Assembly: GCA_964016885.1 (NCBI GenBank)
Contig: OZ024760.1
Location: 18,848,001 to 18,912,000 of the forward strand
Reading direction: 5' to 3'
From: Eledone cirrhosa
Taxonomy: Eukaryota
DNA length: 64,000 bases
Made by a program: the position numbers and the translations under genes. Below the pieces are notes generated by a model. That model was given only the letters and a program-made list of their open reading frames with translations, had not been told where the DNA came from and made no database searches. The first letter of the stretch is position 1, and each line of letters begins with the position of its first letter. Shown here one piece after another: positions 36,908-50,331 of the stretch.

Positions 36908-37204
36908 CAATGTTTAGATATCTATGTAAACAGTTACACATACACATATATATATATATGTATACATACATACACAGAGACTAGGCCTTGCTCATAAGGT
37001 CATATACGTACATACATACATACACATAAATACATACACACATATACACAGTCTTTACTATAAATCCTTATGAAAGTAGCAAAAAAAAAAACAAATATTG
37101 TGTCAACGGTTTGTAATCTAACCTTGGTGGGATTTGAACTCAAACTAATGATAAAAATAATGGTTTCTGATTTAGACACAAGGCTATCTATTTATCTATC
37201 TATA

Positions 37205-37495
37205 GAAGGAAGGTGAGAGTGGAGAGAGAGGTACTACTATTCGCTAAAAGTTGAGTGAATGTGGCGAAAATGGCGCGAGTGAACGGGCCTTCTCTGTATA
37301 TAAACCTGTAGGTGGAGGAAGACAAAAAGAAGGAAGACGGGAACACCTACACAACGTGCTCCTGGTGTTGAAGATTGTTCTATTTACGGGGTGTAAAACA
37401 ACCACGCAGTAACGTTCCCTCCTATTGTGGATATATATATTTGACAATTTGAAAAAAGAAATTATTTTATAACGTATCTCGTTCAATAATAAATT
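37205..37495 (+). mobile_element. Second Tx1-like 3' fragment
   Basis: RRKVRVEREVL..VAKMARVNGPSLYINL* matches the 30031-30140 translation. Confidence 0.6.
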
Positions 37496-38710
37496 TTATT
37501 AATATTCGAATGATAAAGTCAGAGATTTTCTATAAATCCTTATGAGGGTAGCAAAAAAAAAAAAAAAAAAAAAAAAATGTGTCAACGATTTGTAAAGAAT
37601 TAATGTTTATCGAAATGGCTATTCGTTGGTTTATCTCGTCTAATATCTATTTTATCATTATGTGATATGATGTGGAAAAAATACCTATTGAATTCCATCT
37701 ATTTCTACCAGCTTCTAACTATAAACTGAAGAATGTATTATGCTACTTTCGTCTTAAAGCTTCTATTCTGCCAAATATGTTTTTGTCTTTTATCTTTCGT
37801 TCTTTGGCTTTTGGTTTTCTGTGATTGGAAAGTCATTTGTGCAAGTATTTAATACGACAGGAATCTACATGGATATCATACAATATAAGTTTTTATATCA
37901 CACACAGTCTTATTTTAAATTAGGAACAAAAATATTTATGACTATTTAAAGCGATATTAACAAGTTCTTTTTTATTTTTTGTGTATTGTTGTAAAACTGA
38001 AAATAAGATGCATTATATTTGGCGATGTTAACATCTTTTGCCGATATACACTGAGAGACAGAGAGACAGACACAGACAGACAGAGAGAGAGCGAGAGAGA
38101 GACAGAAAGAAAGACAGACAGAGCGACTGACAGACAAGTATATATCTCTTCATTAACCTTCCCTCTTCTTATTTACTATACCTCTTGCTTCTCCACTGAC
38201 ATCACAATCCTGAATCCCCATCCTTTATTTTTTTCTACCTCCTCTGGGACTTAAACTCACACAAGCTGTATGTCGTTCCACTTTTTTTCCTTCCTAAGGG
38301 GCTTATGTGCCCAACTCAAAAATTCGTTTTCCCATATATTCTGTTGTGCGAGTGGTGGGTTCTTTTTCACCACTATTTTGAAAATACACTCTTGACAGGT
38401 GCAATGTGTCCGAACATGGAAAAGCCAAAACTCCCACCGCCATCTCCCCCATCTCGCTTGCCCTCCCCATCTCCCTATATGGCGAGCAAATGGGGTCTCA
38501 CGTGCTGGCCTCCCCCACAGCCCCAGCGGGCAGAATGGCGAAGGCGTTTCCCCGGAGGATGGTAAGGGAGATGCGCTGGAAGAGATCCATCCGTCTGCGT
38601 TGAAGCAGCTAACCCCAAGCTAACATATATACATTCAAAATAAACAATTTGCTCAACGGTTCATAAATACGACTGATTGGTTAAAATGTTTAGTTAAATA
38701 TGTAAAATAA

Positions 38711-38880
38711 GTGTTTCTATTTTAGGCACATTACTGGTACTTTATTTTATCGACCCCCGTAAGGATGCAAGGCAAAGTTAACCTCGGCGAGATTTGAACT
38801 CAGATCATAAAGGGACGTAACTCTATGCTTCAAAGCATGGTGTCCGAATCTCTAGCGATACTGCCAATCCACCGCCCTTG
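38711..38880 (-). mobile_element. SINE with 18 bp TSD
   Basis: Same family. TSD gttaaatatgtaaaataa at 38693-38710 and 38881-38898. Confidence 0.85.
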
Positions 38881-39467
38881 GTTAAATATGTAAAATAATT
38901 ACTTACTTTTTATCTGAAGTGACGTTTTGAAATCCTAAATGTCTTCCTCTAATTGTGTGCTGTACACGGAGCCGATGGCGTCTTATACGACGTTCCTATT
39001 AAATGCTGCAATGAAAAGATATATATAGGGCATTAACACTCACCTAACGTTATTACATTCCACACTGCGACCTTATTTGGAATTCCTTCCATACACACGT
39101 TTGTTTTTCTACATTTATCGATTTATAACTGTTTAAAAAGATCGTTAACTACTTGGATCACTTGCAAAACCTATCACCAAATTCTAAACCTTCCAGAGTA
39201 TTCTTTCTGTGATAATTCTATTTGGTCTCGTCACGGCATCATAGCTCACATTTTCTTGACACACACACACAGACGCACGCACGCACACAGACATACACAG
39301 ACACACATGCTCACGCATATACATATATAGACACTCGTAGAAAGAGAGAGAGAGAAGGAGATAGATATAGTCATATATATAGAGAGATAGAGAGATAGAG
39401 AGGGAGAGAGGGAGAGAGATAGAGGGGAGATATAGAGGGGGAGAGATAGAGGGAAAGAGCGTGAGAA

Positions 39468-39518
<51 letters not shown>

Positions 39519-39869
39519 TATACCTATAGATATACACAAATATACATGCATAGGTATACACACACATACACACACACTCACTCACACACTCTCTCACACA
39601 CACAGACAGAATCAAACATGTTAAGACAAGCACATACCAACCCACTGTATTGTGACCTACATCTAAATATGTGTGAAGGACTAGGTGAAATATTTAGTGA
39701 TATTGCAACAAAGATGTCCTTCGGTAAAAGTAGGGCTGTGTAATTTTCTAGGAGGTATAATGGAAGTTCTATTGAAAATCGATACTGATTCATTGATTGA
39801 AAAGCCTGTTAGGAGATCAAGCCTTGATCTACACCGACGTCTTCGATATTAGCGGAAGAATAGAAAAAT

Positions 39870-40680
39870 CAATAATATCAAACAGATTAGTAAATACAAA
39901 TAAACAAGAAAAAAAATAGCATAAAAATATATAACGAATTAAAAAAAAACCTCCCTACAAAACCAAAGTAAATAAGAAATAAATAGTGAAAATATATAAC
40001 GAATTTAACCCCCCCCCCAGACTAAACAAAATAAGAAAAAATAGCAAAAATATATAACGAATTAAAATAAACCCCCACGACTCCCCCCAAAGAAACAAGA
40101 AAAAATTGCAAAAATATATAACGAATTTAAAAAAAAACCCACAAAACCAATGTAAACAAGAAAAAATGGCAAATATATAACGAATTAAACAAATAAAATA
40201 GCAAAAATATATAACGAATTTAACCACCCCCCCAAGACTAAACAAAATAAGAAAAAATAGCAAAAATATATAACGAATTAAAATAAACCCCCACGACTCC
40301 CCCCAAAGAAACAAGAAAAAATTGCAAAAATATATAACGAATTTTAAAAAACCCCCCACAAAACCAATGTAAACAAGAAAAAATGGCAAATATATAACGA
40401 ATTAAACAAATAAAATAGCAAAAATATATAACGAATTTAACCCCCCCCCCCAAGACTAAACAAAATAAGAAAAAATAGCAAAAATATATAACGAATTAAA
40501 ATAAACCCCCACGACTCCCCCCAAAGAAACAAGAAAAAATTGCAAAAATATATAACGAATTTAAAAAAAACCCCACAAAACCAATGTAAACAAGAAAAAA
40601 TGGCAAATTTATAACGAATTAAACAAATAAAATAGCAAAAATATATAACGAATTTAAAAACCCCACACGAAACTAAACAA
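39870..40680. repeat. Higher-order minisatellite (~217 bp unit of four subunits sharing aaaatatataacgaatt)
   Basis: About 14 copies of the core motif. Intervening segments recur every fourth copy. Confidence 0.85.
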
Positions 40681-41939
40681 CAATAGCGAAGCATAAAAGT
40701 GTGAACCAATCACTTTTATTGACTTGTAAATACGTCAGTTGTCAGTCAATTAATCATGCTTGACTCTGTTCAGTGTTTGATTATTCAGCAGATCGATAAA
40801 AATTTTTAAATTATTTTTTTCATATGCATATATATATATATATATATATTCATATGCATATATATATATATATATGTATATTTTTTTTATATGTATATAT
40901 ATTTTTTATATGTATATATATATATATATATTATTATTTTCATATGTGTATATATATATATTTTTTATATGTATATATATATTTTTTATATGTGTATATA
41001 TATATAGATTGGAAAAAATGAAACGAAATTTCATTTCCCACTCTTAGTACGGCTGTTATTTAAATATAAGTATGTACACATACATACATATATGTATACA
41101 GACGTACAGTAGTATGTATATATATATATACATACTACTGTACGTCTGTATACATATATGTATGTACGTGTACATACTTATATATATATATATTATAATT
41201 TTCATATGTGTATATATATATATATTTTTTATGTATATATATATTTTTTATGTATATATATATTTTTTATATGTATATATATATTTTTTATATGTATATA
41301 TATATATTTATATGTATATATATATATATTTTTTTCCATGTGTATATATATATTTTTTTCCATGAATATATAAATTTTTTTTTTGGGGGGGGAGGGGATT
41401 GTTGTCAGAACATTCTCTATGAAATGAATATAAAATGTCAAATTTGTTGTAGTCTTATGACTGTAGCAAATTCTAAATATACAAATGTAAATATACAAAT
41501 GTTTAGCAGAGATAATTTCTAAAGAACTAATCCAGATTTATTGTTGTGTCTTACACTATTTGTTGATATAGATAAATAAATAGTTAAACAGATAGATAAA
41601 TGAATGAATAAATAAAATAAATAGATTTTAAATAAATAAAATAAATAGAATTAAATAAATAGAATTAAATAAATGAATAAATAAACAAAATGAATAAATA
41701 AATCGCCGGAAAGTGGTACTATTATGTTCTCCCCCGTTGTATTGTAATGTCTACGCCGTTTTTTCTCGCACACACACACGCACGCACGCACGCACGCACG
41801 TATATACGTACGCATGTACGTATATACGTACGTACGTACGTACATACGCACGCACGCACGTATATACGTACATACGCACGCACGCACGTATATACGTACG
41901 TATATACGTACGTATATATGTACGTATATATGTACGGAG

Positions 41940-42345
41940 AGATGACCCCTTAGCCTTTGTCAAGGCAGAATTCTAGGAGAAGGAAAACTCTGATATAACA
42001 CCTGCAACCCTGATGGTATCCAATGATGTTGACTTGTTCTTCTTTTTGGTAAATATCATCTTGGTTAAGAGAGTGGGACTGGCTTTGTGCAGTGCCTTTG
42101 CTCACTATAAAAGCTTCACGGCACAGGCATTGCTTTATATCTGGAGATCTCTCTGCACTTGTCCTCACATGGTACCATGGGCCCAGCACTATGTGTCAAT
42201 AATTGTCACAAGTGTAGTGTTTGTACCAGAGTTTTCAAGTCGCTGGCTGGACTAAAAAGTCACACTCGTTCAGCGCTTCGGTAGGGGTTCTCCTACATGG
42301 ATATAAAGTAGTGGCCGTACTCGAAAACGAGTTGGCAGCCACCAT
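41940..42345 (+). mobile_element. Mosaic LINE remnant with a C2H2-like finger
   Basis: 42198-42276 encodes NNCHKCSVCTRVFKSLAGLKSHTRSA, resembling the C-terminal zinc finger of some RTE elements. ctaggagaaggaaaactctga resembles RTE 5' regions. Confidence 0.4.
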
Positions 42346-42646
42346 ATACGTACGTATATACGTACGTATATACCTACGTATATTGTAATGTCTACGCTGT
42401 TCACCGGAGGAACAATTGTAATACGTTAATAAATTTGTGTTCCGATGCATCAATGGTTCTTCGTTTTCCAATTATCATACTCTGCTCCGAAGGAGCATAG
42501 AGTGCTCAACCAGCATACCGCCTATGGACGCTTCCAAGCAACCTTACTACAAATATATATATATATATATTTATTTAGGTTTGTTGAAATGATCATGGTA
42601 TAATAAACCTTTCAAGGATTTACACCAGTCTAGCCTCCTGTTATTT

Positions 42647-42698
<52 letters not shown>

Positions 42699-42851
42699 AA
42701 ATAATGAATAAACAAAGAAACAGTTCCTTATATTAAGCAAAAAAAGTTCATTATTTTACGATCGTTTCTAGGACATATATGTGTTAGAATTGGTATGCAT
42801 ATTCAAAAGATCTATGTACTTGGTAGATTTATCTACATATATATATATATA

Positions 42852-43120
42852 TTCCACGAATAACTCATCTGAATGAAGGACCCCTTTAGTTAGGACTATG
42901 GACATGGGGTTAGAATGTCTCAGGAAGAAATCGCTAGACAGATTTTACGGGCAAAACCAACTAGCAGGAGACCCAGGGGTAGACACCACATCCATGACCT
43001 TGGCTGGTCTCGCTTGGAGATCCAGCCGAATCAGTGGGAGACATTTGCTTCTGAAAGCTCCTAATCTACTGGAGGGATTGTATAAGGACTCTGTTCCCAC
43101 ACGACCGTCTCAGGAATAAT
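42852..43120 (+). mobile_element. RTE-clade 3' end remnant, same family and same 5' head as 22307
   Basis: ttccacgaata head, then ctatggacatggggttagaatgtctcaggaagaaatcgctagacagattttacgggcaaaacc, which aligns with 22357-22420. Confidence 0.75.
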
Positions 43121-44165
43121 TGGCCAAAGAGGAAGACGTAACATAACGTCCATGAGATTAGTTGGTCTCGCTTGAAGATCCAGCCAGATTAGTTGGAGAC
43201 GGTTCCTTCTGACAGGACCTACTAGAGGGATTGTTTGAGGGCTCTGTCCCCACAGCCTTCTCAGGAATAATTGGCCAAAGAGGAAGACGTAACATAACGT
43301 CCATGAGATTAGTTGGTCTCGCTTGAAGATCCAGCCAGATTAGTTGGAGACGGTTCCTTCTGACAGGACCTACTAGAGGGATTGTTTGAGGGCTCTGTCC
43401 CCACAGCCTTCTCAGGAATAATTGGCCAAAGAGGAAGACGTAACATAACGTCCATGAGATTAGTTGGTCTCGCTTGAAGATCCAGCCAGATTAGTTGGAG
43501 ACGGTTCCTTCTGACAGGACCTACTAGAGGGATTGTTTGAGGGCTCTGTCCCCACAGCCTTCTCAGGAATAATTGGCCAAAGAGGAAGACGTAACATAAC
43601 GTCCATGAGATTAGTTGGTCTCGCTTGAAGATCCAGCCAGATTAGTTGGAGACGGTTCCTTCTGACAGGACCTACTAGAGGGATTGTTTGAGGGCTCTGT
43701 CCCCACAGCCTTCTCAGGAATAATTGGCCAAAGAGGAAGACGTAACATAACGTCCATGAGATTAGTTGGTCTCGCTTGAAGATCCAGCCAGATTAGTTGG
43801 AGACGGTTCCTTCTGACAGGACCTACTAGAGGGATTGTTTGAGGGCTCTGTCCCCACAGCCTTCTCAGGAATAATTGGCCAAAGAGGAAGACGTAACATA
43901 ACGTCCATGAGATTAGTTGGTCTCGCTTGAAGATCCAGCCAGATTAGTTGGAGACGGTTCCTTCTGACAGGACCTACTAGAGGGATTGTTTGAGGGCTCT
44001 GTCCCCACAGCCTTCTCAGGAATAATTGGGCAAAGAGGAAAAAGAAGTGATATAACATCAATGAGATTGGTTGGTTTCGCTTGGAGATCCAGCAGGATCA
44101 GTTGGAGAAGGTGGCTTCTAACAAGACCCGGCGGGCCCCACAACCCTCTCAGGAATAAGTGGGCG
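43109..44165 (+). repeat. 151 bp tandem array (6 apparently identical units plus a diverged terminal unit) derived from the RTE 3' terminus
   Basis: acataacgtc recurs at 43141, 43292, 43443, 43594, 43745 and 43896. Confidence 0.95.
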
Positions 44166-44177
44166 AATATTAATAGT

Positions 44178-44590
44178 AATAATTGTTTCTACTTTTGGCA
44201 CAAGGCCAGTACATTACCCAGTACATTACTGGTACTTTATTTTATCGACCCCGTAAGGATGAAAGGCAAAGTTAACCTCGACGGGATTTGAACTCAGACC
44301 GTAAAACGACGTAAGTACGCTGGAAAGCATGGCGTACGAGCCTCTACCGATACTGCCAATTCACCGCCCTTTATTAATAATAATGGTTTCTTATATAGGC
44401 ACAAGGCCAGCAATTTTGGGGGAGGAGAAAGTCAATTAAATTGATCCCAGTGCATTACTGGTACTTTATTTTATCGACCCCGTAAGGATGAAAGGCAAAG
44501 CTAACCTCGGCGGGATTTGAACTCACAACATAAATGACCGTAACTCTATGTTGCAAAGCATAATGTCCGACGTTCTACTGAACCTGCCAA
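44178..44590 (-). mobile_element. Two tandem SINE copies
   Basis: Same family motifs at 44178-44370 and 44383-44590. Confidence 0.85.
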
Positions 44591-44938
44591 GCTCCCAATG
44601 AACAGATAAATAAAATAAAATAAAATAAAATAAAATAAAATATAATAAATAGCAATAAAAACATTACCACCTCCCCTTCATCGAAATTTCTGGAATAGAA
44701 TTCGTGTAATGAATGTAGTGCCAAGTCTTTGACAATAATTATATTTCACCTGGCTGTAATTTATTGATTGACAGTAACAACAATATTATCTAATTCTTTC
44801 GTTCAATATGGAGGACAAGTTTACTTAATGTAATGAATGGTTAAATGTTTGTTTGTTTTCATATATTTATATATGAGAGAACGGACTGTTCGTCCTTCCG
44901 AGGTCTCGGTTCTGTGCGCTGCGCCCTTCCGTTTTTGG

Positions 44939-44939
<1 letters not shown>

Positions 44940-45016
<77 letters not shown>

Positions 45017-45209
45017 ATGTGTATATATATGTGTATATATATGTGTATGTGTATATATATGTGTATGTGTATATATATGTGTATGTATGTGTATATATAT
45101 GTGTATGTATGTGTATATATATGTATGTGTATGTATGTGTATATATATGTATGTGTATGTATGTGTATATATATGTATGTGTATGTATGTGTATATATAT
45201 GTATGTGTA

Positions 45210-45242
<33 letters not shown>

Positions 45243-45505
45243 GTATGTGTATGTGTATATATATGTATATGTATGTGTATATATATGTATATGTATGTGT
45301 ATATATATGTATATGTATGTGTATATATATGTATATGTATGTGTATATATATATATATATGTATGTGTATATATGTATATGTATGTGTATATATATATAT
45401 ATATGTATGTGTATATATGTATATGTATGTGTATATATATATATATGTATATGTATGTGTATATATATATATGTATATGTATGTGTATATATATATATGT
45501 ATATG

Positions 45506-45537
<32 letters not shown>

Positions 45538-45749
45538 AATATGTGTATATATGTATATGTATGTCTATATATATATATATATATATAAATATGTGTATAT
45601 ATATGTATATGTATGTGTATATATATGTATATATATATATATAAATATATGTGTATGTATGTATGTGTATATATATGTATATGTATGTATGTGTATATAT
45701 ATGTGTATATATATGTATATATATATATATCCTATGCACTTTCCTATTT

Positions 45750-45798
<49 letters not shown>

Positions 45799-45881
45799 AT
45801 GTGTGAGTGTTTGTGTATGCATTTATCCATGTATATATATATGTATGTACGTATGGATGTATGTACGTATGGATGTATGGA

Positions 45882-45920
<39 letters not shown>
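44940..45920. repeat. (TA)n/TATG microsatellite field
   Basis: Direct inspection. Confidence 0.95.
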
Positions 45921-45923
<3 letters not shown>

Positions 45924-46425
45924 GATATTGATTTAATGATATTGATTTCTTCTATACACACATAGCTATATATCTAGAAAGAGAATTGTCATTAATAGAA
46001 TCTTCACTAGAAAATATTGACTATTTAATCACGTGATTCAAAGGTAAACTAATTTCCGGTAAAGAATAAAAGAAAAGGAAATGGTCTATGATGATTAGAA
46101 TTACTGTTCATTCGCCCAGGTTTCAGCAATATTTAATTTCTGTAAAAAATATATGGAGAATCGGTAGAGCATCATTTGAGGTAGATTGTACTTCGAACTT
46201 AGGTTTCAATTTTAACGAATCAGTGTCAGTCATATACCGGAGTCGACCACCACCACCACCACCATCATCATCATCATCGTTTAACGTCCATCTTCCACGC
46301 TAGCATGGGTTAGACAGTTTTGTTTCATCTCATGTGGGAATGTTCGGGAGACCGTGTCTCGTTCGTACGGAAGTGTCTCTGGCAGGTTCTTTACAGCTGG
46401 ATGCCCTTCCTAACACCAAGCACAT

Positions 46426-46538
46426 TTACAGTGTGGACTGGGAGCCTTTTCACCGTGTCTCCTACACGGCCACCTTACAGTGTGGACTGGGAGCCTTTTC
46501 ACCGTGTCTCCTACACGGCCACCTTACACTGTGGACTG
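46426..46538. repeat. 49 bp tandem duplication x2.3
   Basis: ttacagtgtggactgggagccttttcaccgtgtctcctacacggccacc repeated. Confidence 0.85.
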
Positions 46539-46602
46539 TTGTGTCATCGACACAGTAGATGGAACGGGTGGGGTAGGTTGTGGTGGTGGGATGTACATTG
46601 AG

Positions 46603-46860
46603 TTAAGAGGTACCTACAGGCTTTAGGTTTGTATGCAATGGTAGTCTGGTCTTCTGTACAACTGCATAGCGCCAAAGGTCATATGTCATTGTCTTAGAGA
46701 GGTGTAGGTGGGCAAGGTCAGTTTTTATCACCTCGTCCCAGGTTTTTCTTGGTCTACCCACTCCGCAGCTTCCATCAATTTTCATTGTCCTGCACTTATT
46801 TTTATACAGCTGTCGTCCTTCATACGCATCACATGTACACACCAACGCAATCTCCTCTAC
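46603..46860 (-). mobile_element. RTE-clade LINE 3' remnant
   Basis: Frameshifted ...CRTMKIDGSCGVGRPRKTWDEVIKTDL...DLWRYAV. Confidence 0.7.
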
Positions 46861-47281
46861 AGAACAGTCGATATATGAGATTATCCCTTTGGCTTACAAA
46901 TTAAAATCATTGTGCCTCTGTAAGGCTGCATAAAACACTACAAGTTATTTTGTTCCAATTTAGTTTCCCCAAATATTATTTTGATGAAGGGATGCTTTCC
47001 CGAAATATTAAAGACTGTTAAATAATTACAAGGGGACATCCCAACAACTTTATAATTATTTTTAACATTTAATGTTCCATTTCTATATCTATAGCTTTCT
47101 AAAAAAAACTATGTTTGATATTATTTTGTGTTTAATTTCGGTGGGTTTGCAAACGTTTAGGAGCGTCCGACAAAATGCCTTGTGGTATTTAGTTTCAGCT
47201 GATCATGTCGGTCAAGTTCTACCAGTGCCGATATCAATAGATATCAATCAAGTAAAATTGGATAGATCTGAACCGATTACA

Positions 47282-47604
47282 CCGGGGTACTGGAAGGTTC
47301 CTGGCTTAAGGGCATCGCGAAAGGGTAGAGTTGTTACCTTAACAGGGGAGGTAAGACCGCTGCAATAAGTGTGTGAATCCGAGAGGGGAATATGTTTAAT
47401 AAAATCATAATTAGCTGATCATTTTAACTGATCCTCCTGTATTTTAACTGATCCACCTGTATTTTTTTTTTAACCGATTCTCCTGTATTTTCTTTAAACT
47501 GATCCTCCTGCAGTTTCTTTAAACTGATCCTCTAGTATTTCCTGTTAACTGATCCGCCAGTATTTTTTTACCCTAAGCCAGGAACGTTTGTTTCAGCACC
47601 TCGG
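47282..47604 (+). mobile_element. Internally deleted Tc1/mariner element
   Basis: Imperfect TIRs ccggggtactggaaggttcctggctt / aagccaggaac..ttcagcacctcgg followed by TA. Transposase C-terminus NKCVNPRGEYV* at 47364-47399. Confidence 0.65.
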
Positions 47605-48074
47605 TATCTTTAAACCAAACTTGCAACATAATTATTTTTCTCCATTTACTTCCGAAGATTCACATTCTCAGTTCAAATCCCACAATGGCCAATGTATTAA
47701 TTTTCTATATTGTCAAGTTACGTCAGCTAACATAATAGCTATGATTATCCTGACAACCGACTTTTTCAATTGGATTTCTTAACTTCCACTACCCCCTCCA
47801 TCGCTTCCATTGTTGGTTGTATCTGACAATAGATGCATTGATAAACCGATAAAAGGATAAACAAAGGTATCATGACAAAAATGACAATAGCAGAATATTT
47901 TCTTTCGTTCCTGATTCACGGATAATGCAATTAATAATCTGAGAATATATATGTATATATAAAGAGAGAGAGAGGAGAGTGAGAGAGAAAGAGAGAGAGG
48001 GGGGGGGGGGAGAGGTGTGCGTATAAATAATTAAGGGAATCCAATCTTTCCACCTTCCTGTCATTTTACTTTCA

Positions 48075-48116
48075 TATATATATGTGTGTGTGTGTATATA
48101 TACATATGTGTGTGCA

Positions 48117-48157
<41 letters not shown>

Positions 48158-48400
48158 ATATATATGTGTGTATATTTATGTGTGTATATATGTGTGTGTG
48201 TGTGTATATATGTGTGTGTGTATATATGTGTGTATATGTGTGTGTATATGTGTGTGTGTGTATATATATATATGTGTGTGTGTATATATATATATATATA
48301 TGTGTGTGTGTATATATATATATATATATGTGTGTGTGTATATATATATATATGTGTGTGTGTGTATATATATATGTGTGTGTGTGTGTATATATATATA

Positions 48401-48431
<31 letters not shown>

Positions 48432-48741
48432 GTGTGTGTGTATATATATATATGTGTGTGTGTGTATATATATATATGTGTGTGTGTGTATATATATGTG
48501 TGTGTGTGTGTATATATATATATATGTGTGTGTATATATATCTGTGTGTATATATGTGTGTGTGTATATGTATACATGTATACATGTGTGTGTATAAATA
48601 TGTATGTGTATGTATATATATGTATATATATGTATATATGTGTGTATATATATATGTGTGTATGTATAAACATATATGTGTATGTATAAATATATGTGTG
48701 CATGTGTGTATGAATATGTGTGAATGTATATATATATATAT
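48075..48741. repeat. (TA)n(TG)n compound microsatellite
   Basis: Direct inspection. Confidence 0.95.
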
Positions 48742-48941
48742 ATAGGAACAAGTAAGACCCCGACGGCTGAGCTCAAGCCGTTTCGACGGCTAATTCTGTA
48801 CTCAATTACAGAATTAGCCGTCGAAATGGCTTGAGCTCAGCCGTCGGGGTCTTACTTGTTCCTATTACCCACTCTACTACCCTAAGTATTGAGTACTTTG
48901 GTGCGTTATGGTCCACCTGGTTCCTTACCACATTTCCTTCG

Positions 48942-48942
<1 letters not shown>
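48742..48942 (+). mobile_element. Penelope-type hairpin-plus-tail mini-insertion (59 bp arms)
   Basis: Arms 48742-48800 and 48807-48865 (1 mismatch). HHR 3' half and tail are similar to 30849-31051. Confidence 0.75.
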
Positions 48943-49003
<61 letters not shown>

Positions 49004-49006
<3 letters not shown>

Positions 49007-49256
49007 TTACAATAATCAAAGTTCAGTTTAAGTCATTTATTTGTAAGCAAATAAATGACTTAAACTGAACTGTGATTATTGTAATCTCTATATAACTGCT
49101 CTGTAAAACAACTGATGTTATTACATTGAGCTATTTATCTTACTGGTAATAGGATAGTAATTAATAACTATCTTTCACTATTTAGGGTTGTATAAAAAAA
49201 TATATTACCATAAAAGGTTAAACATACATAACCATAAATAGTATCCTTAATACCAT
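49004..49256 (+). mobile_element. Penelope-type hairpin (40 bp arms) plus tail related to the 8514-8680 tail
   Basis: Arms 49004-49043 and 49048-49087. The tail ataactgctctgtaaa...cataaccataaatagta matches the reverse complement of 8514-8680 and also 1571-1685. Confidence 0.7.
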
Positions 49257-49327
49257 ATATATATACAATTAAGTTATACAAAAGTGAGTTAGAAGCGAAA
49301 CGAAATTTAATTTCGTTTCGTTATTTG

Positions 49328-49375
<48 letters not shown>

Positions 49376-49671
49376 GATGTGTTTGTGTGTATTATAGATA
49401 TGATGTCATTTAGGTACAATCGTTTCTGTGGCCCTTTGTTTCAGATTTCCACTGAAATGCCAGATCTATTTGAATATATTCTAGAAAGATCCACGCTGTT
49501 ATCACTGATATCAGTTAATTACGTTCACACATACTCTACCCCACAAACGCAATCTTTTATATTCTTCTTCTTTGTTATACGACTCTGAAACAGTTAGTCA
49601 ATCAAAATTGAAGTGAGCGACCTACATACCTACGTATCTACACACTCCTTGAGTTGAGTGTTGTTCTATCG

Positions 49672-49838
49672 ACGTGGCATTAAAAAACCCATTTGTAACG
49701 CCTCCCTCCTATTGGGGATTTCGATTGTTAAATTTGTTTGTTTTAATAATATTTTTATACGACTGTATGGAAAATCCCCGGCATATGCCTTTGTACTGTC
49801 CCCTTTTCTCGAGCGCCCTTGTGGCAAATAAAGAAATA
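49672..49838 (+). mobile_element. Third Tx1-like 3' UTR fragment
   Basis: cctccctcctattggggatt...gcgcccttgtggcaaataaagaaa matches the reverse complement of 29759-29935. Confidence 0.55.
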
Positions 49839-49881
49839 TATCTATCTATCTATATATCTATCTATCTATCTCCCTCACTCT

Positions 49882-49964
<83 letters not shown>

Positions 49965-49974
49965 CACGTATGCG

Positions 49975-50007
<33 letters not shown>

Positions 50008-50286
50008 GTATATAACCCCCCCCCACACACACACACCTACCTATCTCAGTGCCAAGGAGTAAGGGTTGAATGAAACTACCGGAAATTGCTGAACATTAGT
50101 TTGATAAATCTTTTCCATTATCCTATCTCGACCTCGTTATCGTTTGTTTTCGTCCACTTCAAACTTCCGAGAACATTTCAAGTAATTTGTTTATGACTAG
50201 GTTTACTTACTTTTAACATAACCGCCCCCCCCCCCATATATATATATATATATATATCTTTGCTTAAACTTTAATCTGTTATTTTA

Positions 50287-50331
<45 letters not shown>

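Noticed and set aside
37260-37310. Promoter-like aaaatggcg plus TATA motif
   Set aside because: The sequence is the coding 3' end of the Tx1-like LINE also seen at 30031-30140.
39870-40680. CRISPR-like repeat-spacer pattern
   Set aside because: Spacers recur periodically and are low complexity, so this is a higher-order minisatellite.
42752-42800. GAAA-cgatcg-TA motif on minus (similarly 54735-54772 on plus)
   Set aside because: Only 3' halves or heavily mutated cores, so not counted as ribozymes.
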